Shown: positions 48,078-59,200 of the stretch, piece by piece | Numbering within the stretch: the first letter of the stretch is position 1 | Layout of the letters: every line of letters begins with the position of its first letter | From: Candidatus Kerfeldbacteria bacterium CG_4_10_14_0_8_um_filter_42_10 | GTDB lineage: Bacteria > Patescibacteriota > Patescibacteriia > UM-FILTER-42-10 | Direction: 5' to 3' | Assembly: GCA_002784945.1 (NCBI GenBank) | Contig: PFMD01000024.1 | Span: 17,858-81,857, forward strand | DNA length: 64,000 nt | Program-made: the position numbers and the translations under genes | The notes under the pieces: generated by a model | Told to the model about the DNA's origin: nothing | Seen by the model: only the letters and a program-made list of their open reading frames with translations | The model's database searches: none

Positions 48078-48083
48078 ACTCAT
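47868..48083 (-). CDS. GIY-YIG nuclease family protein (copy 2, C-terminally shorter)
   Basis: 71 aa; WYTYLIQ...WYTGCTIDLRKRFKEHN; lacks ~20 C-terminal residues present in copy 1. Confidence 0.6.
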   Translation of the reverse strand: MSPVRENKAWYTYLIQSKKDNDWYTGCTIDLRKRFKEHNNNMILSTKGRGPFILIYYEACFNKGDAFTREK

Positions 48084-48172
48084 GAATATATTTTAGCATA
48101 TTTTTGATGAATTGTAAACCCCGTTAGAAACATAGCTTCTCACAAGGATAAGTAAAAAAATGGTTTTAAATT

Positions 48173-48204
48173 AAAAAACTCCGGGGGTTATCCCAGAGTT
48201 TTTT
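48173..48204 (-). terminator. Bidirectional rho-independent terminator
   Basis: AAAAAACTCCGGG-ggttatc-CCAGAGTTTTTT. Confidence 0.55.
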
Positions 48205-48219
48205 AATTGTAATCTGAAA

Positions 48220-48891
48220 TTAACTTATTTTAGATATTTTTTTAATAATTTCATCCGCTGAAGAAAAAAATTCTAGTTCCGCCAGAAATTCTCGGGGTAA
48301 AGTCTCCATATTCATCAAAGTCTGCAGTAAACCGATCCAGTAGTTGCTGATGAATACTAATTGGGGCAGCTGTTCCGGATGATATTTACGGTTATTGATA
48401 TGGGTAATTGCTCTCATTAACATCATTAACGTTCCTAAGCCCCCTCGAAAAATCACGATAATCGGCGCGCAGGTAGCCAAAAGTTCTATGCGCGGCGTGG
48501 GAGCATTCACTACTACGCGGGGACCATATTTGCTAATTTCTTTCTCTAACTCCGGAAAAACAATTCCCAGACTGTTTTCTTTACCTATTTTAGAACTAGC
48601 CTCCATAATACCCGACTTGCGGCCACCGTTCATAACAATTCCTCCGTTTGCTACCACATATTCTGTTATTCTAGCAGCATCTTGTGCCTGAGGATGATCA
48701 GCTTTAATTGTTCCACTACCGTTGATAGAAACTACCAGTCCCTCACTTTCATAAGTCAAAAGGTATTCCTGCGAAGAACCGTGAATAGAAACCCAAGCTT
48801 TAGCGCTTTTCAGCTCCACTTCTTTAATTATTTCACCCAGCAATCTTCTTTTTTTCTTTTGGAATATTTCTTCTAAATTTTGCTTTGCCAT
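48220..48891 (-). CDS. LOG/TIGR00725-family Rossmann-fold protein
   Basis: 223 aa; VMNGGRKSGIMEASSKIG...IVIFRGGLGT motifs of the SLOG superfamily. Confidence 0.5.
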   Translation of the reverse strand: MAKQNLEEIFQKKKRRLLGEIIKEVELKSAKAWVSIHGSSQEYLLTYESEGLVVSINGSGTIKADHPQAQDAARITEYVVANGGIVMNGGRKSGIMEASSKIGKENSLGIVFPELEKEISKYGPRVVVNAPTPRIELLATCAPIIVIFRGGLGTLMMLMRAITHINNRKYHPEQLPQLVFISNYWIGLLQTLMNMETLPREFLAELEFFSSADEIIKKISKIS

Positions 48892-48982
48892 ATTTTTTTG
48901 TATATTGCTTCATTGTTTCACTGTTTCATGGTTCTTTATATGCATCCAACAATGAAACAATGAAGCCATGAATCAATGAAAT

Positions 48983-50227
48983 CTATTCGTATCTTAACGC
49001 ATCTAAAGGATTAATTTTGGCGGCGCGGCGCGCCGGATAATATCCAGTTACTAAACTTACCATAAACGAGACGAATAACACTGCCCCCGCTAAAAGAAGT
49101 GGGGTATAGAAGATATCCACCACTTCGCCGCCTGCTCTTTTGGCAAAATAATTTATTCCGTAATTAGTGCCCTCTCCCAATAAAAATCCGACAATCAGCC
49201 CAATGGTGCCGCCCGTCATCCCGATCAAAACCGCTTCGGTGATAAAAAGGCGGTAAATGTCTTTAGTGGTTGCGCCCAGCGCTTTCATTATTCCAATTTC
49301 TCTGGTTCTTTCCAAAAGAGAAACAGTGAGAGTATTAAGTGAACCCATTGCCGCTACAAACATGGCGATGGCACCGAATAAACCCATGATAATTTCAAAA
49401 ACCAAGAATATTTTGTCGATTTGACCCACGGTATCGGCAATCGAATCAACCTGGTATCCCATTCCTTCAATTTGAGCCCTGACTTCTTTTAGCTTTGATT
49501 CGTCCTCCACTTTAACTCTGGCCATAGAGTACTCTTTTTCCTTTTCCACTTTTACTTTTGCCTCGCTGTAAGTAGGCTCAAAGCCGATACTAACTAAGTA
49601 ATCCAGGGGGGCATAAACTATTGATAACTCATCATCGTCTGCCACAACCCCCTGTGTTTTTACGGTAAGCTCCTTAGAAATTAATTCTTCTTCTTGAGTT
49701 CCTTCAATTTTCTGGGGAACTAATAATTTTAGCTTTAATTCTTTACCGACGGCTTCTTGGGGATCGGCAAATCCGATCAGATCCAGGGTAGTTTTGGTAA
49801 CAATTATTTCTTTAGCGGCCGCATCGGAAAATTCCTGACCGTAATTAACTTTGATGCCTTCCATTGACATAAACTCAGGGTTAATGCCATAAATTGCCAC
49901 ATCCGTAATTGCATCCCCGATCCCGACCTGACCGGAAAGGCTAAGAGAAGGGCTCACATCATTAACATTTTCCATGTTTTGAAATTTGTTTACCACTTCA
50001 TCATCCAATTTTAAAAGAGTGGATTCTCCTTTGCTGACATCTAGAACGGTCAATGCCTCTACATTAGTGATTTGATTTTTAATTAACAGCTGTAAGCCAA
50101 AGCCTAATGATAACAAAAAAACTATCAAAGAAATGCCCACCGCCATTCCTCCAATCGTCAGAACGCTCCTTAACTTTCTTTTGATTAAGTTGGACTGTGA
50201 TATGAATAGAATGTACCCAAATTTCAT
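48983..50227 (-). CDS. ABC transporter permease, FtsX/MacB-like
   Basis: 414 aa; N-terminal TM, ~250-aa extracytoplasmic domain, three C-terminal TM helices. Confidence 0.75.
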   Translation of the reverse strand: MKFGYILFISQSNLIKRKLRSVLTIGGMAVGISLIVFLLSLGFGLQLLIKNQITNVEALTVLDVSKGESTLLKLDDEVVNKFQNMENVNDVSPSLSLSGQVGIGDAITDVAIYGINPEFMSMEGIKVNYGQEFSDAAAKEIIVTKTTLDLIGFADPQEAVGKELKLKLLVPQKIEGTQEEELISKELTVKTQGVVADDDELSIVYAPLDYLVSIGFEPTYSEAKVKVEKEKEYSMARVKVEDESKLKEVRAQIEGMGYQVDSIADTVGQIDKIFLVFEIIMGLFGAIAMFVAAMGSLNTLTVSLLERTREIGIMKALGATTKDIYRLFITEAVLIGMTGGTIGLIVGFLLGEGTNYGINYFAKRAGGEVVDIFYTPLLLAGAVLFVSFMVSLVTGYYPARRAAKINPLDALRYE

Positions 50228-50233
50228 TTTTTT

Positions 50234-51097
50234 CTAAGCCTTAAATGAATTGCTGCCCTCTACTATTTTGCCATCACGGATATAAATAGTCCGGGAACCG
50301 TAAGTGACATAATCAATGTTATGAGTAACCATCAATAGAGTCTTTCTTAAACGTTCGTTAAGGTTCTTGAAAAACTCCATTACTTTGGTGGCTGATTCGG
50401 TATCCAAATTTCCGGTGGGCTCATCGGCTACCAGTATTGGCGGATTAGAGGTGAGGGCTCGCGCCACGCAAACTTTTTGCTGCTGACCGCCGGAAAGTGA
50501 GGTGGGGGCATAATTGGCATGATCATCAACCCCCATTTCTCTAAGCCGGTACCAGGCTTTTTCTAACCTTTCCTTTTTACTTATATTATTGATGGCTAAA
50601 GGAAGAACGACGTTTTGAAGCACGTTTAAAGACCTGATCCAGTCCGCTTTCTGAAAAATAATGCCAAAATTATTGTAACGGAATTTAGCCAGTTTATTCG
50701 GGCTTTTTTTGGTAATATCTTCCCCGCGTATAATCACCTTTCCTGAAGTGGGATACTCTAACCCCAATAAAGTATTCAAAAGGGTAGATTTTCCACTGCC
50801 TGAAGGCCCCAAGATAATTATGAATTCCCGTTCATAAATTTTAACATTGATATCCTTAAGAACGGGGATGAGGTTTTTCCCCACTTGAAAGGATTTATTA
50901 ACATGGACTAATTCAATAATCGGCTTCCTTTTATCTGAGCCGGCGTTGTTTTTGGTTTCGGTATCAAAACTATTTACTGTCTTGACTTGTTCTGCCGAAT
51001 TATTATTGGATTTTTTTTCTCCGTTCTGCTTTCCGTTCTGCTTTCCGTTACCGTTTTTACTATTTTTTTTCGCTTTTAGATTCTCACCGTTAACCAT
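50234..51097 (-). CDS. ABC transporter ATP-binding protein (MacB/LolD-like)
   Basis: 287 aa; GPSGSGKST, LSGGQQQKV, LVADEPTGNLD; N-terminal low-complexity NGKQNGKQNG tract from a short tandem DNA repeat. Confidence 0.85.
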   Translation of the reverse strand: MVNGENLKAKKNSKNGNGKQNGKQNGEKKSNNNSAEQVKTVNSFDTETKNNAGSDKRKPIIELVHVNKSFQVGKNLIPVLKDINVKIYEREFIIILGPSGSGKSTLLNTLLGLEYPTSGKVIIRGEDITKKSPNKLAKFRYNNFGIIFQKADWIRSLNVLQNVVLPLAINNISKKERLEKAWYRLREMGVDDHANYAPTSLSGGQQQKVCVARALTSNPPILVADEPTGNLDTESATKVMEFFKNLNERLRKTLLMVTHNIDYVTYGSRTIYIRDGKIVEGSNSFKA

Positions 51098-51180
51098 TAT
51101 TTTGGATGTTTCCTATGATTAATTTAGCTGAAAATATTATAATTATTATAACATTATTTTTGAAATTTTACAAAAACTAG

Positions 51181-54100
51181 CTAAAACGGCAATCCAATCT
51201 GACCCACCCAGGCAAAGGTTTCTTCTAAGTTAGAAATAACCAGCTGGAGGAAGGATTCTCTTTTGCGGGAGGTTAAAACCGAATAGGAACCGGATTTGGA
51301 TTCATTTCCGGCTTTATCAACGGCCACTACCCGAAAGCGATAGGTCTTGGCCGGAGCCAGTTCCGAGATTACCACTAAATGATCCATGACCAGTTCGGCG
51401 TTTGCTTCCGTCTGTTCGGTGAATTCCGTGCCGGAAAGGCCTACGCCAAATTCTGCCTGAGAAGTGGTTGGTTCGTTGGTTTTCCAATTGACGATGATCT
51501 GGACCGAGGAGGTTTCCCCCGCTCCAATCGTGTTGGATTCGGACTGGATTCCCGTGATTACCGGCGGGGTGGTATCTTCCAGCGTAGTAAAAGTATTCAC
51601 TTCGGATACGGCCTGGTAGCCGAACTGGTCAAAGCCTTTGGTTTTGAACTGGTAGGCGGTAGCATCTTCCAAACCGAATAGGAGAATGGAGTGGGTAGTG
51701 ACCAGGGCGGAGTTGCCTTGAGTTTTAGGGGCAATGGAAGAGTTGTAGTACTCTACTTCCGAAGTGGTAAGAACATTAGTGGTCCAGCTGATTTCGGTCT
51801 GTCCTTCGGATTTGTTTTCAAAGGATATGGAGAGTACTTTCGGAAAAGTCAGAGTAGTAAAGGAATAATCGCTTGATTCCGGGGAATTGCTGGTAGAATC
51901 CAGTCCGGTGGGCCTAAAGTGGTAGGTGGTGCCATCAGTAAGACTGGCAAGCTTCATAGTATGAGTAGTGGTGAGCGAGCCGGAGGTATCGGCCACCGTA
52001 AAGCCATAATCCACGGCAGTTCCATAGTCTAGCTTGGTGGTAGTGGGTTTGTTAGTGGTCCAGGTGATCAGAGCATCAAAGAGCTTAACGTCTGATACCA
52101 CCACTTCTGAGACACGGGGGGCTTCTAGAGTGGTGAAAGTAGCAATGCTGGAGAGAGCGACGTTGCCGTCTTGGTCTCTGGATCGAATCCGATAATAATA
52201 AGTAGTTTTCGATTCTAGTCCTTCCAAAACAACTGTATGTTTTTCACTTTCTTCAATCGTTCCCTGTTCTTCGCCAAATTCTTGAGTTAAACCATATTCT
52301 ACATGCGAATCAGCATTTCTTTCCGTTTCCCAAGTTACGTTTGCGGAAAAGGAATCCGGCGTTACAGTTGGTCCAGAGGTAATCTCTGGAGGGGTAGTAT
52401 ATCTTCCTTCGGGAATGTCTGAAACAGTTGTAGAAGCAGCGGAGGTAGCTCCGGCCGTGTCTTTAGCCTTAACCTTGTAATAGTAGGTTTCCGAGTTATC
52501 CAGACCGACATCCAGGTAGCCGTAGGAAGTGATTTCTGCAATAGATTCAAAGTGATCATCATCATCAACGGACCGTTCGATAATATAGGTGATTTCTTCC
52601 CCATCGGAAGCACTGCTTTGGGTTACTTGTTCCCAAACTAGGGTAATGGAATAAATTTCCGCTTCCCGATTGGAAGAATCGGTAATAATCAATCCGGTAG
52701 GAATCGAGGGGGCTTCAGTCTCCGCCTCAAAATCAATCGAAGCGTAGTTGGAGTAATTAATGTTGTTGTCTTCGTCAATCGCCACCACATAGAAAGTGTT
52801 GGTACCCTGCTGGGTAGCATAGGGGCCGGGGCCGACATATTCGTTGGTGGTATAAGAAACATTTTCTTCCGTAGGAGTGGAGTTGATGGAATAGAAATAG
52901 CCCTGGACCGTCACCCCTTCATCTAAGGGCGGGTCCCAGGTGAACTTAAAGGAGTTTTCCGTGTTGTATTCCGGAGTAACAGCAAGGTTGGTGGGAGCAG
53001 ATAAAGCATCAGCGGTGGTAAAGGTGTAATCGGAAGAATAGCCGGTATTATCATCTTCATCGGTCCATCTCGCCCGGTAATGGTAGGTGGTGTCAGGTTC
53101 CAGGGCAATGAGGGTTACTTCATGGGAAGTGACAAAGTCTTCCTGGCCCTGTTCCTCGCCATAGGAGGTGGCAGTACCGTATTCCACAAAAGAGGAGCCT
53201 TCCCGATCAGTGAGCCATTCTACTGTGGCGGATTGGATCCGGGTGGTTACTCCGGGAGTGCCAACTAAATTAGGCGGTACGTAATATCTTCCCCGGGCCT
53301 GCTCGCAGACTGCCGTGGAGGCGGCGGAGACGGCATTGGCGTTATCCGCTGCTTTGATCCGGTAACAATACCAGGCATTCTGGGTCAGACCGGTATCTAA
53401 GTAACCGGTGCCGGCCACTTGGGATATCTCTGAGTAGTTAACCCCTTCATCTTCGCTTCTTTCCACGTTGTAATGATCAATGCCGGAACCAGTGTTTTCC
53501 GGCTCATCCCAGGTAACAGTTAAGGAGAATTTGTCCTGGGCCCGGTTGGAGGTGTCAGTGACAATTACGCCTACAGGGATACCGGGAGCAGAAGTGTTAG
53601 CGGTGAATTCTATGGAAGAGTAAGCGTTGTAGTTGACGTTGCCGGCCGCATCTTCCGCTACTATGTAAAAAGTGTTGGTGCCCTGCTGGGTAGCGTAGGG
53701 GCCGGGGCCGATAGAGGTAGCAGTGGTAGTGGAGGTATTGAGAGCGGTAGGCAGGGCATTGATGGAATAGTGGTAGCTGGCAATAGAACCGCTGTAGATG
53801 GCCGGAGCACTCCAGGAAAAAGTGAAAGAGTTGGTAGAAGTTGGTTCGGCAGGGTCTACGGCTAAATCTTGGGGTTCGGAAGGAGCCGAGCCGTTGTAAT
53901 AGTAGTTTACTTGGGCATAGGAAGAAGCGAGGTTTCCGGCCTCATCTTTGCTTCGGACATAGAAAACATTAACGTTTTCCTGGTAGGATTCGATGCCAGA
54001 GACGGAGGTGCCGGAGATACAGGTTTCGACGAATCCTTCTTCGCCTGTTTTGTAGCAGTATTCCCCTATTCCGGAATCATCATCTGATCCGGCGGACCAA

Positions 54101-56214
54101 AGGAAGGTGAAGGAATTAACGTTGGAATATCCGGCCGGGTCGGCAGCGGCGATGCCGGGGGAAGTAGGAGCGGTTGAGTCGAATTTGTAGATAAAACCTT
54201 GGTAGGTAGTAGTTACGGTATTACCCACTAAATCGTAGGCTTTTAGGCGAAGATAGTAAGTGTTGCCGGAAGTCAGAGAAGAAAAAGTGCTATTATCCTC
54301 ATTATGGCTGGAACCGTCGTCTTCGGGATCGGCAGAATTATTTAGACCGAAATACACGTAATAGCCGGCCACTCCGGAATCAGGATCAGTAGCGCCTGAC
54401 CAGGTGCAGTAGATATTGTCATCGTTGTACCAGGTATCAGTGGTCAGTTCGGTACCCATGCCCGAATCGGTATAACAGTGAGCCGAGGTAACATTAGAGC
54501 TAGGAGGATCCACATCTTTGAGATAATAGATGGTGATATCGGAAAGAGTGGGGTTGGAAACGCCATCTGTTTGGGTCAAAGTGGCTCTAACTTGAAGATA
54601 CCGATAGGTTTTGTAGGTACTTTGAGGAAACTGGGTTTCTAAGGTAGCGGCAGAAACGCCATATCTGCCGCTGTTGGCATCCTCGTCCGTCATATCATAC
54701 CAAGAAGTCCAGGAAGAACGGTTAGTGGATAACCTCATTTCAAAATCGATATTAGTGTTGGCTGGTATAGTTACCGAGGATTCAAGAGCATTGCCATTGC
54801 CATTATCGCTCCAGCCGCCATTCCAAATAACATCTATGGCATTAGCGTCAGAAGGTGAAGTCCAGGTACCGGAAGATTGAAGCGTGGCGGCTTCGATTCC
54901 TACGGATGTGGAAGGTTCAGGCGATGAATATTTCCTTATCAATTCTTTGCCCGGATAGTTGGTGGTCACGTAGCCGTAATTGCTGTAGAGATCGGCTATT
55001 TCGCCAGTGGTAAGGGTGTGACTATAAACACGCGTCTGATCTATCTTTCCATACCAGTCATATGCGACGCCCGATGACATTGTAAAATTATTGGCAGCGG
55101 GATTGGTATAAGTAGCGGCACCGCAAAGCGAATTATCATAATAAAGATTCGTATTTCCAGTATCAGTAGCAACATTAAAAACATAATGATGAAAATTACC
55201 ATCCGCTGCGTTTGCCGGGATCGTGCAAAATGAATTCGTATCGCCATTCCAAGTATTTAAGCTGATCTTACCATTATAGAAAAATGCGTCCGGTCCGGCG
55301 CCATTCGGTCCAGTTCGCCAAAGCATGCCGTAAGGGTTCGGCGGTACGGCATCAACTACCCACATGGAAATAGCAACTGCCGTCCCAACCGCCGTACTGG
55401 TCGTAATATAATTATTATTGCCTGCAAAATTCCTGGCATTACCGAACTTTCCCGTATCAACAGTCGTGCCGGTAGGCGTTCCTGTGTAATTATTTCCCGA
55501 TGTATCTGCAACATTTCCAGAAGCTTCATCCAAGGTCCACGCGCCAATTACTCCGGTAATCTCCCTAATAAACGTATTCGCTATTGATGATTGACTGGCA
55601 GCCGAACCGCTTCCATAATATAAATAAATACTTTTTGAACTGGAAGCAGGGATTGAAGGCACTTCCACCCAGATTTTAGAAGAAGCGTTATTGCAAGGAC
55701 CATCCAGCCAAAAATCCAAGTTGGTTGAATCATCAGCATCCTTGAACCTGATATCATCACAGTCGCCTTGCATCTTACTGGCCAATATTAAAGCAGCGGT
55801 ATCTAAAGTTAAAGATACTTGATAATTAGTTAAAGTATTAGAGTTACTGCTGTTATTAATAGTAAGGGTTCTTTTGTATTGAGTATTATCCGGCCCGGCT
55901 GAACCAGCCAGTCTCACTTCCCCGCCGCTGATACTTTGGGATACTGCACTAGAGAAGGTTCCTTGATCAAACTGGGCTTGAGTGGTAATGGATTTGAAAT
56001 CCTGAGTAGGAGCGGCTTTAGTGATTGGTCCCTGGTAAAGGAAGACGGCGAGAGCGAGAATCAATAAAACAGAAATACTGGTTTGGATCCAGTATTTTTG
56101 GCGGTAAATCTGAAACTTTTTTTGATATACGCTAAGCGTGGCTAAAGCAGCTTTTAGCTTTCGCTTTAAATCCTTCTCATTGCCACTTTGTTTTTTTTCT
56201 TTCTCCTTCTTCAT
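51181..56214 (-). CDS. Giant membrane-anchored surface protein (DUF2341-like + LamG-like + multiple FN3 domains)
   Basis: 1677 aa; N-terminal TM anchor; DUF2341-like and concanavalin/LamG-like modules; more than 8 FN3-like repeats; C-terminal ~1000 aa closely paralogous to the next gene. Confidence 0.8.
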   Translation of the reverse strand: MKKEKEKKQSGNEKDLKRKLKAALATLSVYQKKFQIYRQKYWIQTSISVLLILALAVFLYQGPITKAAPTQDFKSITTQAQFDQGTFSSAVSQSISGGEVRLAGSAGPDNTQYKRTLTINNSSNSNTLTNYQVSLTLDTAALILASKMQGDCDDIRFKDADDSTNLDFWLDGPCNNASSKIWVEVPSIPASSSKSIYLYYGSGSAASQSSIANTFIREITGVIGAWTLDEASGNVADTSGNNYTGTPTGTTVDTGKFGNARNFAGNNNYITTSTAVGTAVAISMWVVDAVPPNPYGMLWRTGPNGAGPDAFFYNGKISLNTWNGDTNSFCTIPANAADGNFHHYVFNVATDTGNTNLYYDNSLCGAATYTNPAANNFTMSSGVAYDWYGKIDQTRVYSHTLTTGEIADLYSNYGYVTTNYPGKELIRKYSSPEPSTSVGIEAATLQSSGTWTSPSDANAIDVIWNGGWSDNGNGNALESSVTIPANTNIDFEMRLSTNRSSWTSWYDMTDEDANSGRYGVSAATLETQFPQSTYKTYRYLQVRATLTQTDGVSNPTLSDITIYYLKDVDPPSSNVTSAHCYTDSGMGTELTTDTWYNDDNIYCTWSGATDPDSGVAGYYVYFGLNNSADPEDDGSSHNEDNSTFSSLTSGNTYYLRLKAYDLVGNTVTTTYQGFIYKFDSTAPTSPGIAAADPAGYSNVNSFTFLWSAGSDDDSGIGEYCYKTGEEGFVETCISGTSVSGIESYQENVNVFYVRSKDEAGNLASSYAQVNYYYNGSAPSEPQDLAVDPAEPTSTNSFTFSWSAPAIYSGSIASYHYSINALPTALNTSTTTATSIGPGPYATQQGTNTFYIVAEDAAGNVNYNAYSSIEFTANTSAPGIPVGVIVTDTSNRAQDKFSLTVTWDEPENTGSGIDHYNVERSEDEGVNYSEISQVAGTGYLDTGLTQNAWYCYRIKAADNANAVSAASTAVCEQARGRYYVPPNLVGTPGVTTRIQSATVEWLTDREGSSFVEYGTATSYGEEQGQEDFVTSHEVTLIALEPDTTYHYRARWTDEDDNTGYSSDYTFTTADALSAPTNLAVTPEYNTENSFKFTWDPPLDEGVTVQGYFYSINSTPTEENVSYTTNEYVGPGPYATQQGTNTFYVVAIDEDNNINYSNYASIDFEAETEAPSIPTGLIITDSSNREAEIYSITLVWEQVTQSSASDGEEITYIIERSVDDDDHFESIAEITSYGYLDVGLDNSETYYYKVKAKDTAGATSAASTTVSDIPEGRYTTPPEITSGPTVTPDSFSANVTWETERNADSHVEYGLTQEFGEEQGTIEESEKHTVVLEGLESKTTYYYRIRSRDQDGNVALSSIATFTTLEAPRVSEVVVSDVKLFDALITWTTNKPTTTKLDYGTAVDYGFTVADTSGSLTTTHTMKLASLTDGTTYHFRPTGLDSTSNSPESSDYSFTTLTFPKVLSISFENKSEGQTEISWTTNVLTTSEVEYYNSSIAPKTQGNSALVTTHSILLFGLEDATAYQFKTKGFDQFGYQAVSEVNTFTTLEDTTPPVITGIQSESNTIGAGETSSVQIIVNWKTNEPTTSQAEFGVGLSGTEFTEQTEANAELVMDHLVVISELAPAKTYRFRVVAVDKAGNESKSGSYSVLTSRKRESFLQLVISNLEETFAWVGQIGLPF

Positions 56215-56229
56215 TATTCTTACAAAAAC

Positions 56230-59200
56230 CTAGAATGAACCGCCGATCCTTCCAATCCAAGAGAAAGTTTCCTCCAGATTAGAAATAATCAGCTGTAAAA
56301 ATGATTCTCTTTTTCGGGAGGTCAACACGGTATAAGCGCCGGATTTAGTGGTATTTCCCGCTTTATCTCGGGAAACCGCTCTAAAGCGGTAAGTTTTAGC
56401 CGGAGCAAGATCTGAAATAACCACTAAATGATCCATGACCAGTTCGGCGTTTTCATCGGTTTGTTCGGTAAATTCGGTTGCTCCCAAGCCTACTCCGTAT
56501 TCCACCTGAGAAGTAGTCGCCTCATTGGTTTTCCAAGAGATGATGATTTGCACTTTGGATTCTTCACCGGCGCCAATCGTGTTTGATTCCGACTGAATTC
56601 CGCTTACCACTGGCGGAGTGGTATCTTCTAAGGTAGTGAATTCATTCTCATCGGAAACCGCTTCATAGCCGAATTCATCTGATCCTCTCACTTTAAACTT
56701 ATAGAGAGTGGCGTCTTCTAATCCATAAAGAAGAATAACATGCTCTTTCACCATGGCGGTATTACCTTGCGTTTTGGGAGGAATATTTTCACTGTAGTAT
56801 TCCACTTCAGAAGTAGTTGGCACATTAGTGGTCCAAGTCACTTCCGTCTGTCCTTCGGACTGGTTGCGGGAAGAAACGGTTAGAACTTCAGGAAAGGTTA
56901 GAGTGGCAAAGATATAATCATCCGAAGCAATCGGATTGCCGTTGCGGTCTTCACCGCCGATTCTTAAGTGATAAGTAGTGCTGTCAGTTAAACCTTCCAG
57001 CTTAACGGTATGAGTCAGGGCGTAGGATCCGGAAGTATCAGTATAAGTCAAGCCGTAATTAGCCGTAGTGCCGTATTGAATCACGGCCGTTGATTCTTTG
57101 TTAGTTTCCCAACTGATAATTGCATCATACAGTTTAACATCACTGATTTTTACCTCTAATACTCTGGGCGCTTCTAAAGTGGTAAAGCTGTCAATCTCGG
57201 AATAAGCGATATTCTCATCAACGTCAATACTCTTTATTCGATAATAATAGGTGGTTTCCGATTTTAACCCCGTAACTTCAATCTCATGTTTTGCGATTAA
57301 ATCAGCGGTACCTTGTTCTTCCGTTAAATCATTGGCCTTTAAACCAAACTCGACGAAAGAAGAAGCGATTCTTTCCGTTTCCCAAACGATGTCAGCGGAA
57401 AACGAATCCGGCGTGGCGACAGGTGATACGGTAATGGCCGGCGGCTGGGTATAGCGGCCTTCAGGTACTTCTGAAACTATGTCAGTAGCTTTGGATGCCG
57501 CACCGGCTTTGTCTTCTGCAACAACTTTATAGAAATATTCTTTAGAGCTATCAAGACCGGTGTCTAAAAATCCGGTTGAGGTAAATCTGGCAATTTCTGA
57601 AAAACTGTCTTTTTCCCCAACTTTGCGATAAAGAGAATAGTAAACTATTTCAGTTTCATCTTCTGAAGATGACGTTTCATATCCTTCGGGCGGGTCCCAA
57701 GTAATGGTAATGGAATAACGCTTGGCATCACGATCAGAGGAATCGGTAATAGTCACAGCTTGTGGAGGTCCCGGAGGTTCGGTCTCGGCTTCGAAGTCAA
57801 CCGATGCATAATTGGCATAATTGATATTGCCGGAGTCGTCCACCGCCACCACATAAAAAGTATTGATTCCTTGCTGAGTGGCAGCGTCGTAAGGACCAAT
57901 ATAAGTATTGGCGGTAAAAGAGACATTGTCTTCAGTGGGAATATTATTCACCACATAAAAATATCCGGCTACGGTAACACCCTCGTCAGTGGGAGCGCCC
58001 CAGGTAAACTTGAAGCGATTAACAGTGTTGCATTCCGGGTCAACCTCTAGATTGATAGGAGCAGATGGCGCGCCATTGGTAGTAAAAGTGAAATCACTGG
58101 AATAACCGATGTTACCGTCAATATCCACCCATTTGCAGCGGAAATGATAGGTCGTTTCCGGAGTTAAATCAGTCAAAGTAACTTCATGCTCACTAACCAT
58201 ATCAGATGTTCCAGTTTCATTACCGTAGGAAGCTGTTTCCCCATATTCCACAAAAGAAGTCGCCGGATGAGGAATAATGTTTCCTTCTCTATCCTGATCA
58301 TCAAGCGTTAGCCATTCAACCACCGCAGAACGAATTCTGGTTTGAACGCCCGGCTGACCGCTCATAGAAGGGGCGCTCTTAAACTTTCCTTCCGGCTTCA
58401 TTTCTACTAAAGCAGAGTTACCCGAAGCGGCATTTCCCGGACCAATCGCTCTGGTGAAGTAAGTATAAGTAATGGTATTATCAAGGCCCGTATCTAAATA
58501 ACCCAAAGTGGAAGTAGAGGCAATTTTAGTGTAATTATCAGGAGGATCATTTACGGTAGAAGGATTCTGGCAATCCTCTTCACAACGGTAGATATTATAC
58601 AAATCAACTCCCGCTCCTACATCATCCGGTTCATCCCAAGTCAGAGTAATAGAATAACGGCTGGTGGATCGATCAGATGAGTCTGTAGCCTGAATGCTGG
58701 CAGGTACTCCCGGCGCAGTAGAATCAAAAATATAGGTTGCGGTAACATAATTACTGTAATCAATATTATTGATTAAGTCAGTAGCAACGATATAAAGAGT
58801 ATTAGTACCCTGCTGGGTAGCGGCGGAGAACCCTGACAATAAGCGATTGGTTGTCTGGGTATCAGTAGTCCAACCGCCATCCGGACTTGGGGTAGTGCTG
58901 CCGCCTGTATTAGTCCCGCAATTGACAGCGTTTGGCAACTCGTTAATGGTATAACAGTATCTTAAAATATCACTGGCTTCACAAGGCGTTTGTCCTAAAC
59001 AGGTGTCCGGTAAACTCCAGGAAAATGAAAAAGTGTTATTGTTGGTTTGAGATGTTGGTGAAACCACGACGCTCGCCGGAGCGGTAGGAGCTTCGCCGGC
59101 ATAATAGTAAGTGGTGGAAGCGTAACTGGAAGAATAATTACCCGCCCCATCTTTCGCCCGAACATAAAAGGTATTACCTCTGGATTGATAAGCTTGAATG

